From a virus: 64,000 nt of DNA. The stretch lies in IMG/VR virus record IMGVR_UViG_3300042945_002791; one strand, given 5' to 3'. The notes under the pieces are model-generated. The model made no database searches, was not told the DNA's origin, and saw only the letters and a list, made by a program, of their open reading frames with translations. The translations under genes and the position numbers were made by a program. This document shows, piece after piece, positions 43,701 to 55,000 of this stretch (the stretch's first letter is position 1; each line of letters begins with the position of its first letter).

Positions 43701-45595
43701 CGTTTCTTACATATTTAGTAGCATTTGCGTAGTAGACAATTCCGCCAGTAGTTAATTCTATGGTGTAATTTACTGTTGCGGTTGGACTATTTGAAGACAG
43801 ATATTCATACTCTGTATAATAATCAAAGTCAACGTTTATGGGAGGATAAATTTCTTTTGATCCAATTTTTTCGACTCCAGAAAGAACAACTTTTGCGGAT
43901 TTTCTTAGTACTTGGTCATCGGAAATATTATTTAATATATTTTCATCACTAGAAAAATCTTCATTTTCTGTAATTTGAAGTTTAATATCACTTAAATCTC
44001 CAACTCCATGTTGATAATAAGATGATGGAGTTGCCTCCATAAGTGGGCGATCATACACAAAAGGAACATGAGAAACTCCTTCTGATAATTTTCCTGCATA
44101 GTCCCATATCAAATCAGACCAAGAAACAAAACCCCAGTTTGTCGGATAATCTCTATTCATTCTTGAAACAAAATCTGTAAAATTATTTGTTGGATTTCCG
44201 TTTTCATAAAAGAACTTTGAAAGCTTTTCTATGTCTTGCATTTCGAGAACTTCCGGAGTTGCTCCTGCAAAATCAGAATCTGGAGTAGATCCAATTGCTT
44301 TCCATAGGTCTAATTCTCTTCTTAATGTTCTCTTAAAAGCATTTATGCCAGTACCTGGAGGATTTTTGTATACATCAAGAATTCTTTTCTTATAATTTTC
44401 ATTTGATTCAAGTTTTAATCTCGGAATACCAACTCGAAGACCAAAGTCATCAAACATATTAAATACAAGAACTTCATTTTGTTCATAAGATATATTATTT
44501 ATATAGAACTTTGTATATTTTTCTAGTGTAAGAACTACTTTATCAACCGGATTAAAATAATAAACATAATCACCAACTCTATGGTTGATGAAATCAGAGT
44601 AATTCACGATTCCACTTAGTTCAATATCATCAGCAAAAACTGAATGAACCGCACTAGGCACGGATGTCGTTGAATATATCCAAGCTAAAGAATCTGTATT
44701 AGCTCCAGATATAGACTTGTTTAGATCAAAATAATCTATTGCTGATTCAACTTTATCTAGGTGATCACCCACAGATGCATTGATTAATTTTCCTCCAAGA
44801 CTCTTTGGTTCGTCAAACCTTGGGGTAGCTCCCTCTAAAGAGTCTTCATATATTTTTGTCCACGAAGGAAATTTTTTAACTATGTCTCTAGTTGTAAAAG
44901 TTGTGTTTGATGGATTAGCGTCTGCTATCTGAACTTCTACTAATAATATGTAGTTTATTGTAGGAGTTGCTCCAACGAAATATGATTCATCAAGATCGCT
45001 AAAAAATTCAACCTCAAACTTAACAAATCTTTTACATCTTTGTATAAAAAGATAGTTTGTTTGCTCAGATACTTGATTGGGAATCCAAAAAGGCGTAGCC
45101 GACTCTATAACATCATCTGACTCATAAACCTGAAGAGTGTATTCAATAGGCTCAGAAGATGGGTTTCCTAAAAATGTAGATTTATAAGCTACTAAATCTA
45201 TTCTAGATGTTGTATCAACAAATCTATATACAGGTTGAGAAGATACATCTGGTCTTAAAATCCAATATGGAGAAGCTTGCTCTAGATCAAATATAAAATA
45301 CTGACCAGAAGTTTGGTCGTATCTAAATACCTCATACTGTGTTGCATTTGTTTCTTTGACTATTTCACCAACATCAGTAACAAGCACTCCGCCTTTCTAC
45401 TGATGGAGTAGCTGAGGTTAATACTTTATTGCCAACAAAAGTGTAGTCACCAAAAGTATTTAACCCATATCTAGATCTTAAGGTTGAAAAGTTTGTATAG
45501 CTAGAGTTGTCATATAGGTCAATTGGTTCAGATGTCCATACTTTACCATTTTTGGTAAAATGTATATTTGTTAATGTTAAAACATAGCTTTTCAT
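40789..45595 (-). CDS. giant tail protein rich in (A/S)TP motifs, with +1 shift at CGGA (45388-45391)
   Basis: MKSYVLTLTNIHFTKNG...VLTSATPSVER-[CGGA]-VLVTDVGEIVKETNATQYEVFRYD...; span 4807 mod 3 = 1. Confidence 0.8.
45388..45391 (-). other. +1 shift site AGG-CGG-A
   Basis: (A/S)TP-rich tail protein join. Confidence 0.8.
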
Positions 45596-45612
45596 CTAAA
45601 CCTCAGTATTTT

Positions 45613-46887
45613 TTATACGCCGTCTAACCAAATGGAATACTCAGATGTAACTCCATTTTGAGGATGTACGAACATAAGATGTTGACATGGTCTACTCATA
45701 GACGAAAAGTACTCTTGCGCATATGTATTGTTACTCTCTGGTGAACCAGAGATTCTTAGTAGCCCGCTACCTATAGTAACCTTTACTTGCTGGTGATAAT
45801 GTCCCATAAAAACATCATCAAAATGGTCTTCAATTGCTCCATCTTTCCAACCCATTACCTTCTTAAAGTAACCGTGGAATGCTGTTGGCGAAGGCATTTG
45901 GTCTCCATGTATCAACAGTGTGGAGTAGTCGCCTATTCTATCTACTGCATAGAAGCTTCTTTCTCCTCTGCCGTCTGGAATATCAAACGTAACTCTTGGC
46001 TCATCTTTGAATATCCAACTAACAATCTTGTATAGAAGTCTATCCATATTTGTCTCTGGATCGTGCTGCTTTCTTGCTCTACCGCCAACAGCGCCGTGGT
46101 TTCCTATTACCCCAGTGATATGAATGTGTTCAAAATGCTGCAGGCTTTCTGTAATGAATTTAGTCAGAATCTCAGGACCATATATCCCCACCTGCCTATA
46201 AAGACCAGCATCTAAAAGGTGGCTTTGTCCCGGAAATATCTCTTCCCCCTCAACTATATCGCCCAAAAGCCATACATGTAGTCTGTCAACATTGTGATGG
46301 TGTCTTTGAATCTCAACTATTTCTAACATTTTTTGCGTATAAAGTTCTATTCTTTTTGCTAGAACTTCTGAATTATATGTTGAGGTTACCTTACCAAGCT
46401 GCCAGTCAGCAAATACTGCTACTGCAGTTTCAGGGGCTGATCTAGAAACGTTCTTTAAAGACTTTTTATAGTCAATCTTTGGTAGTTCAAAATTCGAGAA
46501 GGCTTCGTATGCTGCCTCATACACCGAAGCAAGTGCGTCCTCTTTTACGTTCTTGTGTTTATCTGCGAGTCTTGCTAGTCGCTTATTTTCTGTTCTTAAA
46601 AAGTTTACTAAATCCTCATTAACAGAAACAAAAGAAGAAGAATAGTCATTATTATCTGATTGGTATTCTTCTGAATCTTCATTCTCATATTTTGAGAAGA
46701 CGTATTTATCATCGAATTTTGACACAATTTTTCCAACGTCTAATTCATTCTTTTCTTCAATTTCTATCTTTTGATTTAGAAGATGACCATGATCGTCTGC
46801 TCCAGAAGCTATAGCTTTTGCTTTAGCCATATTAGGAGCTTTTACTATGGACGTTGTTTTAACTAAAAAATAATTTTCTGAGGACAT
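45613..46887 (-). CDS. calcineurin-like metallophosphoesterase
   Basis: FADWQLG, LLGDIVEGE, GVIGNHG, LLIHGD, FMGHYHQQ. Confidence 0.8.
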   Translation of the reverse strand: MSSENYFLVKTTSIVKAPNMAKAKAIASGADDHGHLLNQKIEIEEKNELDVGKIVSKFDDKYVFSKYENEDSEEYQSDNNDYSSSFVSVNEDLVNFLRTENKRLARLADKHKNVKEDALASVYEAAYEAFSNFELPKIDYKKSLKNVSRSAPETAVAVFADWQLGKVTSTYNSEVLAKRIELYTQKMLEIVEIQRHHHNVDRLHVWLLGDIVEGEEIFPGQSHLLDAGLYRQVGIYGPEILTKFITESLQHFEHIHITGVIGNHGAVGGRARKQHDPETNMDRLLYKIVSWIFKDEPRVTFDIPDGRGERSFYAVDRIGDYSTLLIHGDQMPSPTAFHGYFKKVMGWKDGAIEDHFDDVFMGHYHQQVKVTIGSGLLRISGSPESNNTYAQEYFSSMSRPCQHLMFVHPQNGVTSEYSIWLDGV

Positions 46888-46901
46888 TTAAACCCGCTTT
46901 G

Positions 46902-48071
46902 TTAATATGATGTTTGACCTATTATAGTTGGATATATTGATACTAATCCAGCTACCATGTATGACCTTTCATCAGGCAATAAAAAGTTTTCAATAGGTAT
47001 CTCTACACCGTTGATTGTTATCGAGTTAATTATAACATCTGTAATGAGATCTGACGCTGCAGAAATCTGAGATTTTAGACTATTTATATTCAAAGGGTCT
47101 CCAATAGACATGGAGTTTAAATATCTTTTAGCAAAGTACGCAGCTTGGTTTCCTATCGCTTTTGTATTTGCAGCTGTAGAGCCTGTAGGAACCATTATAT
47201 TTGCTACCACTGAGACAGGAACCATTTGTGCCTGTCTAATATTCATTCTTACGCCAACAGGTTTTGCGTCTTGCAGGGCAAGAAAGACGGATCTAGTTAT
47301 AGTTTGGCTTGACTGAGTTGAGTCAGGAACTATGATTACGTCAAAAGAACCTAGGCCGAACGATGCATCTCGTATTCTTACATCCCTAACGCCATTAACA
47401 GAAAGTGCATTTAATCTAATTGCTTCTGATGTTCCAGAAGAGTTCATCTTAACTGATCTAACTATTCTTCTTCTGTATGATTCGTCGCTTTCGTAATCTA
47501 TTTGACTATGTATTTCTTTAGTATTATATACTGAAACGACAATTCCTGGAGGAGATATAAAGTTATGTCTTATAAGAGAACCTATTGCTGCTGTATGCGT
47601 CTGCCCAGAAAATGCTGGAACTAGTTGTCCATAGGCTCTTGTGGTAGACCCATTGATTACTACGTCCCCTGCTAACTTATACTTAAATTGAAAAGATGCG
47701 TTGTTTGACACGTCATTGTATACCACTGTGTCTTTAGGTATTATAATGTCCCTACTGTAAGGCTTGGATATTGAAAATATAACGTTAGCTATTTGTCTGT
47801 CCGCCACTATCTCTGGAGAGACTAGTTTTCTTTTAACTGAATACAACTCTCCTATAAGGTCTAGGTTTCTTCCAGAAGCTGTTGCTAGCATGGTCTGATC
47901 TATATTATATTTTAGTATGCTGTAAAGGTCGCCCATCTGGTCTGACACCGCCTCAGCAAAAGCTCTAGCTATAGAACCGGGGCTAACAGAGGTGATACCA
48001 GCATTTCTCTCTAATGAATTGAGTATCTGAGCCAGAATTTCTGATCTATCTTTTGAGTACACTACGGCCAT
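46902..48071 (-). CDS. baseplate J-like protein
   Basis: GSIARAFAEAVSDQMGDLYSILKYNIDQTMLATASGRNLDLIGELYSVKR; internal DESDESYRRRI-like region (DYESDESYRRRIVRSVKMNSSGTSEAI). Confidence 0.85.
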   Translation of the reverse strand: MAVVYSKDRSEILAQILNSLERNAGITSVSPGSIARAFAEAVSDQMGDLYSILKYNIDQTMLATASGRNLDLIGELYSVKRKLVSPEIVADRQIANVIFSISKPYSRDIIIPKDTVVYNDVSNNASFQFKYKLAGDVVINGSTTRAYGQLVPAFSGQTHTAAIGSLIRHNFISPPGIVVSVYNTKEIHSQIDYESDESYRRRIVRSVKMNSSGTSEAIRLNALSVNGVRDVRIRDASFGLGSFDVIIVPDSTQSSQTITRSVFLALQDAKPVGVRMNIRQAQMVPVSVVANIMVPTGSTAANTKAIGNQAAYFAKRYLNSMSIGDPLNINSLKSQISAASDLITDVIINSITINGVEIPIENFLLPDERSYMVAGLVSIYPTIIGQTSY

Positions 48072-48086
48072 AATTAAAATATCTCC

Positions 48087-48462
48087 TTACAGATTTTGGC
48101 TAACTGACAAAACTATTGGCTCTCCATATGGTGTTACAATTTGAACGTCAAATCTAATGCAGTCGGGAGCAGTTGGTATTGCATTGATCTGTATATTTTT
48201 ACCCCTAAAGACACCTTCTCTATCCAGGGCTTCTCTTATTAGTCTTTTGCCGTATTCTCCAGTCTGAGGGTCCTGCGGCATTCCGTACAAACTATTGAGG
48301 GAAACTCCTAATCTAGGATAGATCTCAAAATCTCCAGGTTCGGTCATCATTCGTATGTAGACCTGTTGTATATCATTTTGAGCGGTAGACTGAACTAAGG
48401 CAATGTCGTTATTGCCATTTAATTTAATGTCTCCATCAAAACCGAAAATAAAACTCTGGCAC
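48087..48462 (-). CDS. gp25-like baseplate wedge protein with +1 shift at CGGT (48441-48444)
   Basis: GTG start: MPEFYF-[CGGT]-FDGDIKLNGNNDIALVQSTAQNDIQQVYIRMMTEPGDFEIYPRLGVSLNSLYG; span 376 mod 3 = 1; the ORF track recovers only the C-terminal 87 aa. Confidence 0.82.
48441..48444 (-). other. +1 shift site TTT-CGG-T
   Basis: gp25-like N-terminus. Confidence 0.8.
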
Positions 48463-49133
48463 TACTGTAATTCTCTTTCTGCTTTATTTTTTGCTTGCAT
48501 GTAGGAATATCCTTGATATATTAATTTTTTAATATATTCAATTTTTTCTGTATTTAAACTGCTAGCATCATTTGCTAAAAGCTTAGCATCTTCTTCTGAT
48601 AAAAAGGAATCATAGGAAAGATTGGTATTTAAAGTAATTTCTTTAGATATATCAACGCCACCAAAATTTACTCCGTCTGTAATAGTAACGTTTTCGTCTT
48701 GATTACCAGATTCTTTTGCTAGTTGTATCTTGTATATTTTATCCCTATATCTATGATACGCAGCGCTTTTGTGAAAATCTTTTAAAGAAACTAAAGCTGG
48801 CTCTGTAAAATCCGTTGCTGCATAATTAAAGTAATTTGCATTCCATCTAATGCCATCGTCCTCTGTCGTGTATATCTTTAATGTGTCTGCAAATATGCTG
48901 ACAGATCTATTCATCCCACTTATTATTATTCCGACTCCTGGAGCTGCCATTATTTCAATGTCCCCATTATCGGCTAGCTTAATAAAGGAATCATTATCTG
49001 GATGATTTAACCCAACTTCTCTTCTAGAAAATTCATTTCTTTTTTTAAAAACATAATCAGACTGAATTGAATTAACTGGCAATCCAGCTCTTTGATTAAT
49101 TGGTTTTTTATATAGATTTTCTTCTAGTGCCAT
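48462..49133 (-). CDS. putative baseplate/structural protein
   Basis: 223-aa ORF between baseplate genes. Confidence 0.5.
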   Translation of the reverse strand: MALEENLYKKPINQRAGLPVNSIQSDYVFKKRNEFSRREVGLNHPDNDSFIKLADNGDIEIMAAPGVGIIISGMNRSVSIFADTLKIYTTEDDGIRWNANYFNYAATDFTEPALVSLKDFHKSAAYHRYRDKIYKIQLAKESGNQDENVTITDGVNFGGVDISKEITLNTNLSYDSFLSEEDAKLLANDASSLNTEKIEYIKKLIYQGYSYMQAKNKAERELQ

Positions 49134-49500
49134 TTAAATTAAATACCTTGGTATATGCGTTGATGCCATATTATTATAGAACAATGGACTGTTGTCGTTT
49201 GGCGAAGCGTAGAAATCTATTATATAAGGAAACCTTTCATTAGAATCCCTAAAACCAACCACACACTTTGCGCCCATTTCTGGAGCGACTTGCTGTATGC
49301 CGCTGAGCCATTGGACATGGTACATCAGATAAAACATCTGTAATTTGATCTGAATATCTATCCTCTAATAGAACTTTTGCCGTATTATTATCTTTATTAT
49401 AGGATGCAATAACTCCATACCTATTTTTGGATTTCTGCATTTCTGCAGTTGTGATCATTTCTGAAATTTTTTTATCAAATTTTGGGTAATTTGTAGCCAT
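49134..49500 (-). CDS. tail spike/gpV-like OB-fold protein with +1 shift at CGGC (49299-49302)
   Basis: MATNYPKF...ITDVLSDVPCPMAQ-[CGGC]-IQQVAPEMGAKCVVGFRDSNERFPYIIDFY; span 367 mod 3 = 1. Confidence 0.78.
49299..49302 (-). other. +1 shift site CAG-CGG-C
   Basis: OB-fold/spike-like protein. Confidence 0.8.
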
Positions 49501-49509
49501 TTATATAAC

Positions 49510-52029
49510 CTAACTCCTTGGCGCACTAGCTGCAATATAATTTATATATGGTTGACTTATTATATCTTCAACTATTTTTTTGGTAAATACTGTTTTTCTT
49601 ATTCCTGGTGCAAATACTTTTACACTTGCACCCCACCTGTCATCTGTAAATTGTTTTTTTTCTTCTTCTGTTGTAAAGTAATTTATTGCTTCATCAAAAA
49701 GATCGTATACCCATATAAATACATCCCAAAAACTTCTGTAAGGAGGTCCATATATTGTTCTTTGTCCGTCTTTGCTAAGCCTGGATTTTTCTTGTACTTG
49801 TTTTACCGTAAAAGCTTCACATAATGCTCCAGGAACGTTTATACTACCGAGAGCCCAGTTAATAAAATTTTGCCACCTTCCACCTAATGCTTCATATACC
49901 TTTTTAACTGTATCCCTTTTAACATTAGTCAATGCTCCCCACGATTGAAATGCACTTTGATCTCCCCAAGCGCCATCGCCCCAGTTTGTCCATAAGTTTC
50001 TGGCAATTGCAGTTGATCGTAAACCTTCTTCTTTATAAAATTGTGAAGATTTTGAACTAGAAGAACTTAAATTTGGTTTATAAATTCTTGCAACTTGTGC
50101 AGCAATTGCTATCTGGTTTAATGGTATCCAAAAAACTGGATCGACCTTTGATATATCCCATCTCATATCTGCTCTTGCTTTTAAGTCGCTTTGTTTGATT
50201 GCTGTTTCTTTTTTAAAATATAACTGCCAACCTTTTAATGTTCTTTTTCCATTTTGATCAGCAAACCTAGTAGACGTCCCTTCTGGAATATAAAAATCCC
50301 AAAGTGAAAATGAACTTATTTTTCCGTCAATAAAATTATATAATTCATTTTGAAACATTCCTAAAGCAAGTAGTGGGCCAGCCCCATCGCCTCTATAGGG
50401 GGAACTGTTTGATTCTCTTTCTGCAAGACCGCAAAAAACTGCTATTTCTTCTATATTAAATACTCCAGTAGTGGCCATTATCTTACCTAAATCAACTGGA
50501 TCTATTTTTTGTTCTGCGCTTGTAAATACTTCTCGTCCCATATCAAGATATTTTGTCATGTCGGCAGTTGTTTTAAAAACAGAATTAGCCACTGTTCCCA
50601 TATTTCCTGGAGTTGTTCCACCAGAAGTAGTTGAGCCCAAGAATACGGCAGCGTTTCCTGCCCTAGTCCAGTGAAACCCTAGGTGAATGTGACCATCATG
50701 AGTTGTACTATTTGCTCCGTCTTGGTTTACATTAACGTATTTAGATAGACCAGGAAATGCTTGCATAAAAGCCATTTTTTTCTGACTTGAATCAGATACA
50801 TACTTTGCATACATTGCCTTAGATATAACTATCTCATCTGGCTGAAAGTACTTTGGTAGAAGTGCTATTTTTTGCATTAATAATGTAAAACATTTTTCAT
50901 AATTTGTAGCATTGACTGTAAGACTTGATCCAGATACATTCTTTTGCCCTACTGCATATATATCAATTGCCCTTCCAAATGCATGGTCTGTTATAGTTTT
51001 TTTACCGTCTGTATTTTCTGTCATAACTGCATTGTTGTGAACTAAGTCTTGTCCTCTTGAAAATCCAAATCCAATTGTTAAATCTAAACCATTTGGGTCG
51101 CTCATTTCTACTAGCATTTTCAATAGTGTTATTGATGGATAAAACTTTGATGGATCAGTTAACTCTAAAAATTGATCAGGAAGTGTTCTATAGTAACTAG
51201 TTCCAGAACCTGCATCTTTGCCTTGATCATTTATATTACCAGCAGCTTCTTGGTAATTACTCCTTAAATTTTGTTTATCTTTTTCAAAAGCGCTTATCGA
51301 GAATCCTGTTGTTGATATTTCACCATCTGAACGATTAAATTTAACATTGTTGTTAACAGTTTGAATTGCATTTATATATATTTCTTTTTCTTGATCGGAA
51401 AGATCGCTAATCAAAGCTGCTGGATAACCATTTTTTGCTGGACCTATTCCAAGAGCATCTGGATCAATTTGGTAATTTCCACCATCAACTGTAGTTCCAT
51501 CATCGTTAGTGGTATTTGCGACTAAAGAATTACTGTATCCATAAGCTTTTTGCTGAAAAAAACCTGGAGCATAGCCTGTTCCAAGAACAGATTGAGATAT
51601 AGCTGCCTTAAAAGCAGCTGGCCCACTTAAGCTTTTATCGTTTAGTTCTTTGTCGCCAGAAAAGTCTGGGTTAGGATATTCAAAAGCTTTTCTTCCATCT
51701 TTTTCTTCAGCCAAAGAAAAATCTGCACCAAATGCTAAGTGCGATTCTAGGCTTGATGTTGTAAGCCTATCATAGGCGACTGATGCCATGGCCGGATTTC
51801 TAGATAGGGCATTGCCTGCCATGATACTTTCAACATTATGTGAAACCAAAGTTTTCTCTTCAAAACCTCTTTGAGATGCAGTTGTTCCTTTTACTAAAAC
51901 TTTTCCTTCAGGGTAAACCTGCGAAGCCACTTTATTAATAAAAGAAAATGTAGAATCATTATCTGCTAAGGTCATCGAAAAATTTGGGCCTGATGAATTT
52001 GTGCCGGGTTTATTATTTGTCTGTTCCAT
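49510..52029 (-). CDS. virion-associated M15/VanY-like peptidase-containing protein
   Basis: ITDHAFGRAIDIYAVG ... THDGHIHLGFHW. Confidence 0.65.
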   Translation of the reverse strand: MEQTNNKPGTNSSGPNFSMTLADNDSTFSFINKVASQVYPEGKVLVKGTTASQRGFEEKTLVSHNVESIMAGNALSRNPAMASVAYDRLTTSSLESHLAFGADFSLAEEKDGRKAFEYPNPDFSGDKELNDKSLSGPAAFKAAISQSVLGTGYAPGFFQQKAYGYSNSLVANTTNDDGTTVDGGNYQIDPDALGIGPAKNGYPAALISDLSDQEKEIYINAIQTVNNNVKFNRSDGEISTTGFSISAFEKDKQNLRSNYQEAAGNINDQGKDAGSGTSYYRTLPDQFLELTDPSKFYPSITLLKMLVEMSDPNGLDLTIGFGFSRGQDLVHNNAVMTENTDGKKTITDHAFGRAIDIYAVGQKNVSGSSLTVNATNYEKCFTLLMQKIALLPKYFQPDEIVISKAMYAKYVSDSSQKKMAFMQAFPGLSKYVNVNQDGANSTTHDGHIHLGFHWTRAGNAAVFLGSTTSGGTTPGNMGTVANSVFKTTADMTKYLDMGREVFTSAEQKIDPVDLGKIMATTGVFNIEEIAVFCGLAERESNSSPYRGDGAGPLLALGMFQNELYNFIDGKISSFSLWDFYIPEGTSTRFADQNGKRTLKGWQLYFKKETAIKQSDLKARADMRWDISKVDPVFWIPLNQIAIAAQVARIYKPNLSSSSSKSSQFYKEEGLRSTAIARNLWTNWGDGAWGDQSAFQSWGALTNVKRDTVKKVYEALGGRWQNFINWALGSINVPGALCEAFTVKQVQEKSRLSKDGQRTIYGPPYRSFWDVFIWVYDLFDEAINYFTTEEEKKQFTDDRWGASVKVFAPGIRKTVFTKKIVEDIISQPYINYIAASAPRS

Positions 52030-55000
52030 TTAAGATATATACCTTCCAGTAGTGCTATTCGAAGCAAGTGCTACTGAGGGCTGATTATACAGTAGCCCTT
52101 TTGTATAAACTGATGCTAAGTTAGCTACAACCATTTCCCAGTTTAATGTAGCTGGGCTGCCGTCTTCGTAGAATTCATCCCACAGTATCAAAGGCCACTC
52201 TGAAGACTTTTGATAAATTAATTCTATTTTTTTAATTTCTACAAGAGTATTGAATAAACTTTGTTTTTCTGGAGTAAGCGCATTCAATCCTTCTGTAGAA
52301 GAAATGGATTGATAATAATTATCTTTAACAAATCCATTTAGATATCTTAATAGTAAATCAAAATTATTGTGTATCACGCCAGACCCTGAAGCTGAACTAT
52401 CCATTGTAACCGGTGCTGAATATACAGAGTTTTTTACAGCTGTTGTTACAAGGGTTGTATCAGATCTTTTTTCTATAAAAACTTGTCTTACATATTGAAT
52501 AAGACTGTTAATGTCTTTTTGTGTTATATTATAAAATATAGTTCCAAGCGTTCTATCATAACTTCCTATAACATCTGTTCCAAATCCATTTGGATTTTTT
52601 GCAGTGTCTTTCAAATAATTTCTTGGTTCATTTCTTTTTGCGCCAGCATCAAAGTCTTCCAACTTAACAACTTCATCAGTAAAGTCTTTTGATGGTGCTA
52701 CTCTTAGAATAAATAATCTATCCTTAAGAGCGTCTCTTACGTATGCAGCTGCCCTACCGCCTGGAGATGTTTCATCTGTCCAAGAACCTTTATAGTTCTC
52801 TTCGTAATTTGGCCCAACATTGTTTATGTATCCAGAAACTTTATTTAATTCTCCAGCGTTAATTCCTTCAAATCTAACTCTAAAAGGCTCTGATCCTGGT
52901 CTTAAGATGTCTATAACTTCTATTGTGTCACCATCTATAAATTCGTTTACATAACATATTGCTTTGAAAAATTGATTTAATCCAGCTTTTTCTGGGCCTA
53001 TACCAGAATATTTTATAACTTGAGCATTAACTAGTGCATTTTCGTAGCTTATATGTCTAACTAAATCTGATATTTCTTTTTCTTTCCAGCCAAGATTTTT
53101 CAAAAGATCATCTGTTCTTATATATGAGTAGCCCTCATTCGTTCGTACCATTCTTCGTGAATTTACTCCGTAATATTCCTGGAAGTAGTGCTTTTGAGTG
53201 ATACTTTCCAACAACCATACCTTGATTATAAGATAACCCTGCATCCATTGGTTGACCATTTTTACTCATATACTGCACATAGCAACCATGTTGATCTAGT
53301 ACATTGTCTCGTATAAACTTCCAACCACTCCAAGCTAAGTCTCCACCAATTGCTCCACCAGCAACTCCAGCACCAGCAAATGCCAGAAGCGGCGCTGCTG
53401 CACCACCAGTCAAAAATGTTGCAGCTATACCACCACCAACACCAACCACTGTTGCTAGACCTGTTGTAATTAATGCTCCTGCAAAACCGGTTGTTCCGTT
53501 GCATTCCTGAAGCATTTTTTGCTTGCTTTTGCATTCTTTCTCTTGCTTCTGGCATTGCATTAGCAGTAAAGTTTGCCATTACATCCTTCATTAAAGCAGA
53601 ATGACCATGAGTATATTGTACGCCACCCATCATTTGGGCAGATAATGCCTCATTTAGTGACTCAACAGAAACTTGTCCTCCTGTTACAATTCCAGTTCTT
53701 GAAGAGTTAGCAGCAGATAAAAACATTCTAGTATCATTTCTGATTGTTTGGAGGCTCATCCATGAGTTTAGCCAGGACGTCATAAACCATCTAGCTGGAT
53801 CATTAACAGTTACAAGTGCGTTTGGAGTTATTGATGTGATGAACCCTAGGTCCGGAGTAAAATGATGAACCACCTGTTCAACTTCAAATATTCCATACAT
53901 TCTTTCATAAACATCGGCTAGATAAACAAGATCATGAGGCCTTATATCTGGACTTCCTATTACAACTAGCTCTCCCGTATAGATATCTTTGATTGATTCT
54001 TTCAAGTGCGCTAACGCAACTCTTCTTGCAGTCAATTCATCTGGAGCACCTTGTGCCATCTTTGAAACACCACGCACTGTTTCAAAAGGATGAAATATAG
54101 GATGAAGAACCCCAAAGAATCCAGATCCTCTTATGTTATCAAAGTATAATCCTGTTTCGACTGTTTTTTCTGTCTGCCTTTCTGGTGGTGCTGACTTATC
54201 TAATGCAACTGTTACTGGATATTTACCATCGGATACTGCAGTAACCACTGTTGCGACGTCATTAATATTTTCTTGAATATTATTAGACATAATATGACTA
54301 AATGAGCTTAAGTAATGTATTCTCTGGAAAGGTTCCCTAATCTCAACAACTGGCTCTCCATATTCTCTTGTAAATGGATTGTCAACAGCTCTTAATAAAC
54401 TTCCTTGATCTCCAAGAGAATAATATATAGAGTCGTTTAAGAACTTATTTAAAACATTTGCTTGTTTGTTAAGACTGTCTACTTCTGCTAAACCATATCC
54501 CATTTGTGCCATTGATGTTTTAAACATATTAAGAAGACCAGACAGACCATCTGCTATAGCAGTAAAGTAAACTCCAACGCTTTTATCCCAAAAATCTTTT
54601 GTGTCCTCCATAGCGGCGCTGAACCAACTCGTTGCACTGTCTCCCTCTGAAGCATTCGCTGCAAGGAAGCCTTTAAATTTATCTATCTTCTTTGCGTAGT
54701 CTGTATTGGGGTCGATAAAAGCTTGCCATGCTTTGATTACTGGAGAAAAATCCCATTTTCCATCTGATTTCTTTAGATCTCCATCGCCAATGCCAAGAGT
54801 TAATGGATTACTTGAATAATGTTTCAATCTTCTGTTTGGCTTTAGAACAATCCATGCTCTCATGTATGGATCAGACCACAGTGTTTGTCTAAACCATCCT
54901 AGTAGCATCAGATACAATTTTTTGGGAGAGTCTATTTTCTTCAATAACTGTTTTGCGTCATAGTTATCGCCAAATTCTTGTTTTAATTGACCTCTAAAAC

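Noticed and set aside
40789-45595. ATP motif as a dispersed DNA-level mobile element (fixed GGNGTNGC repeat)
   Set aside because: All synonymous codons are used and flanks do not match, so there is no conserved nucleotide unit; the signal is at the protein level.
53304-53510. Plus-strand 68-aa and other plus-strand ORFs opposite the long minus-strand genes
   Set aside because: Antisense ORFs opposite strongly coding regions, low-complexity or implausible proteins, no RBS/operon context.
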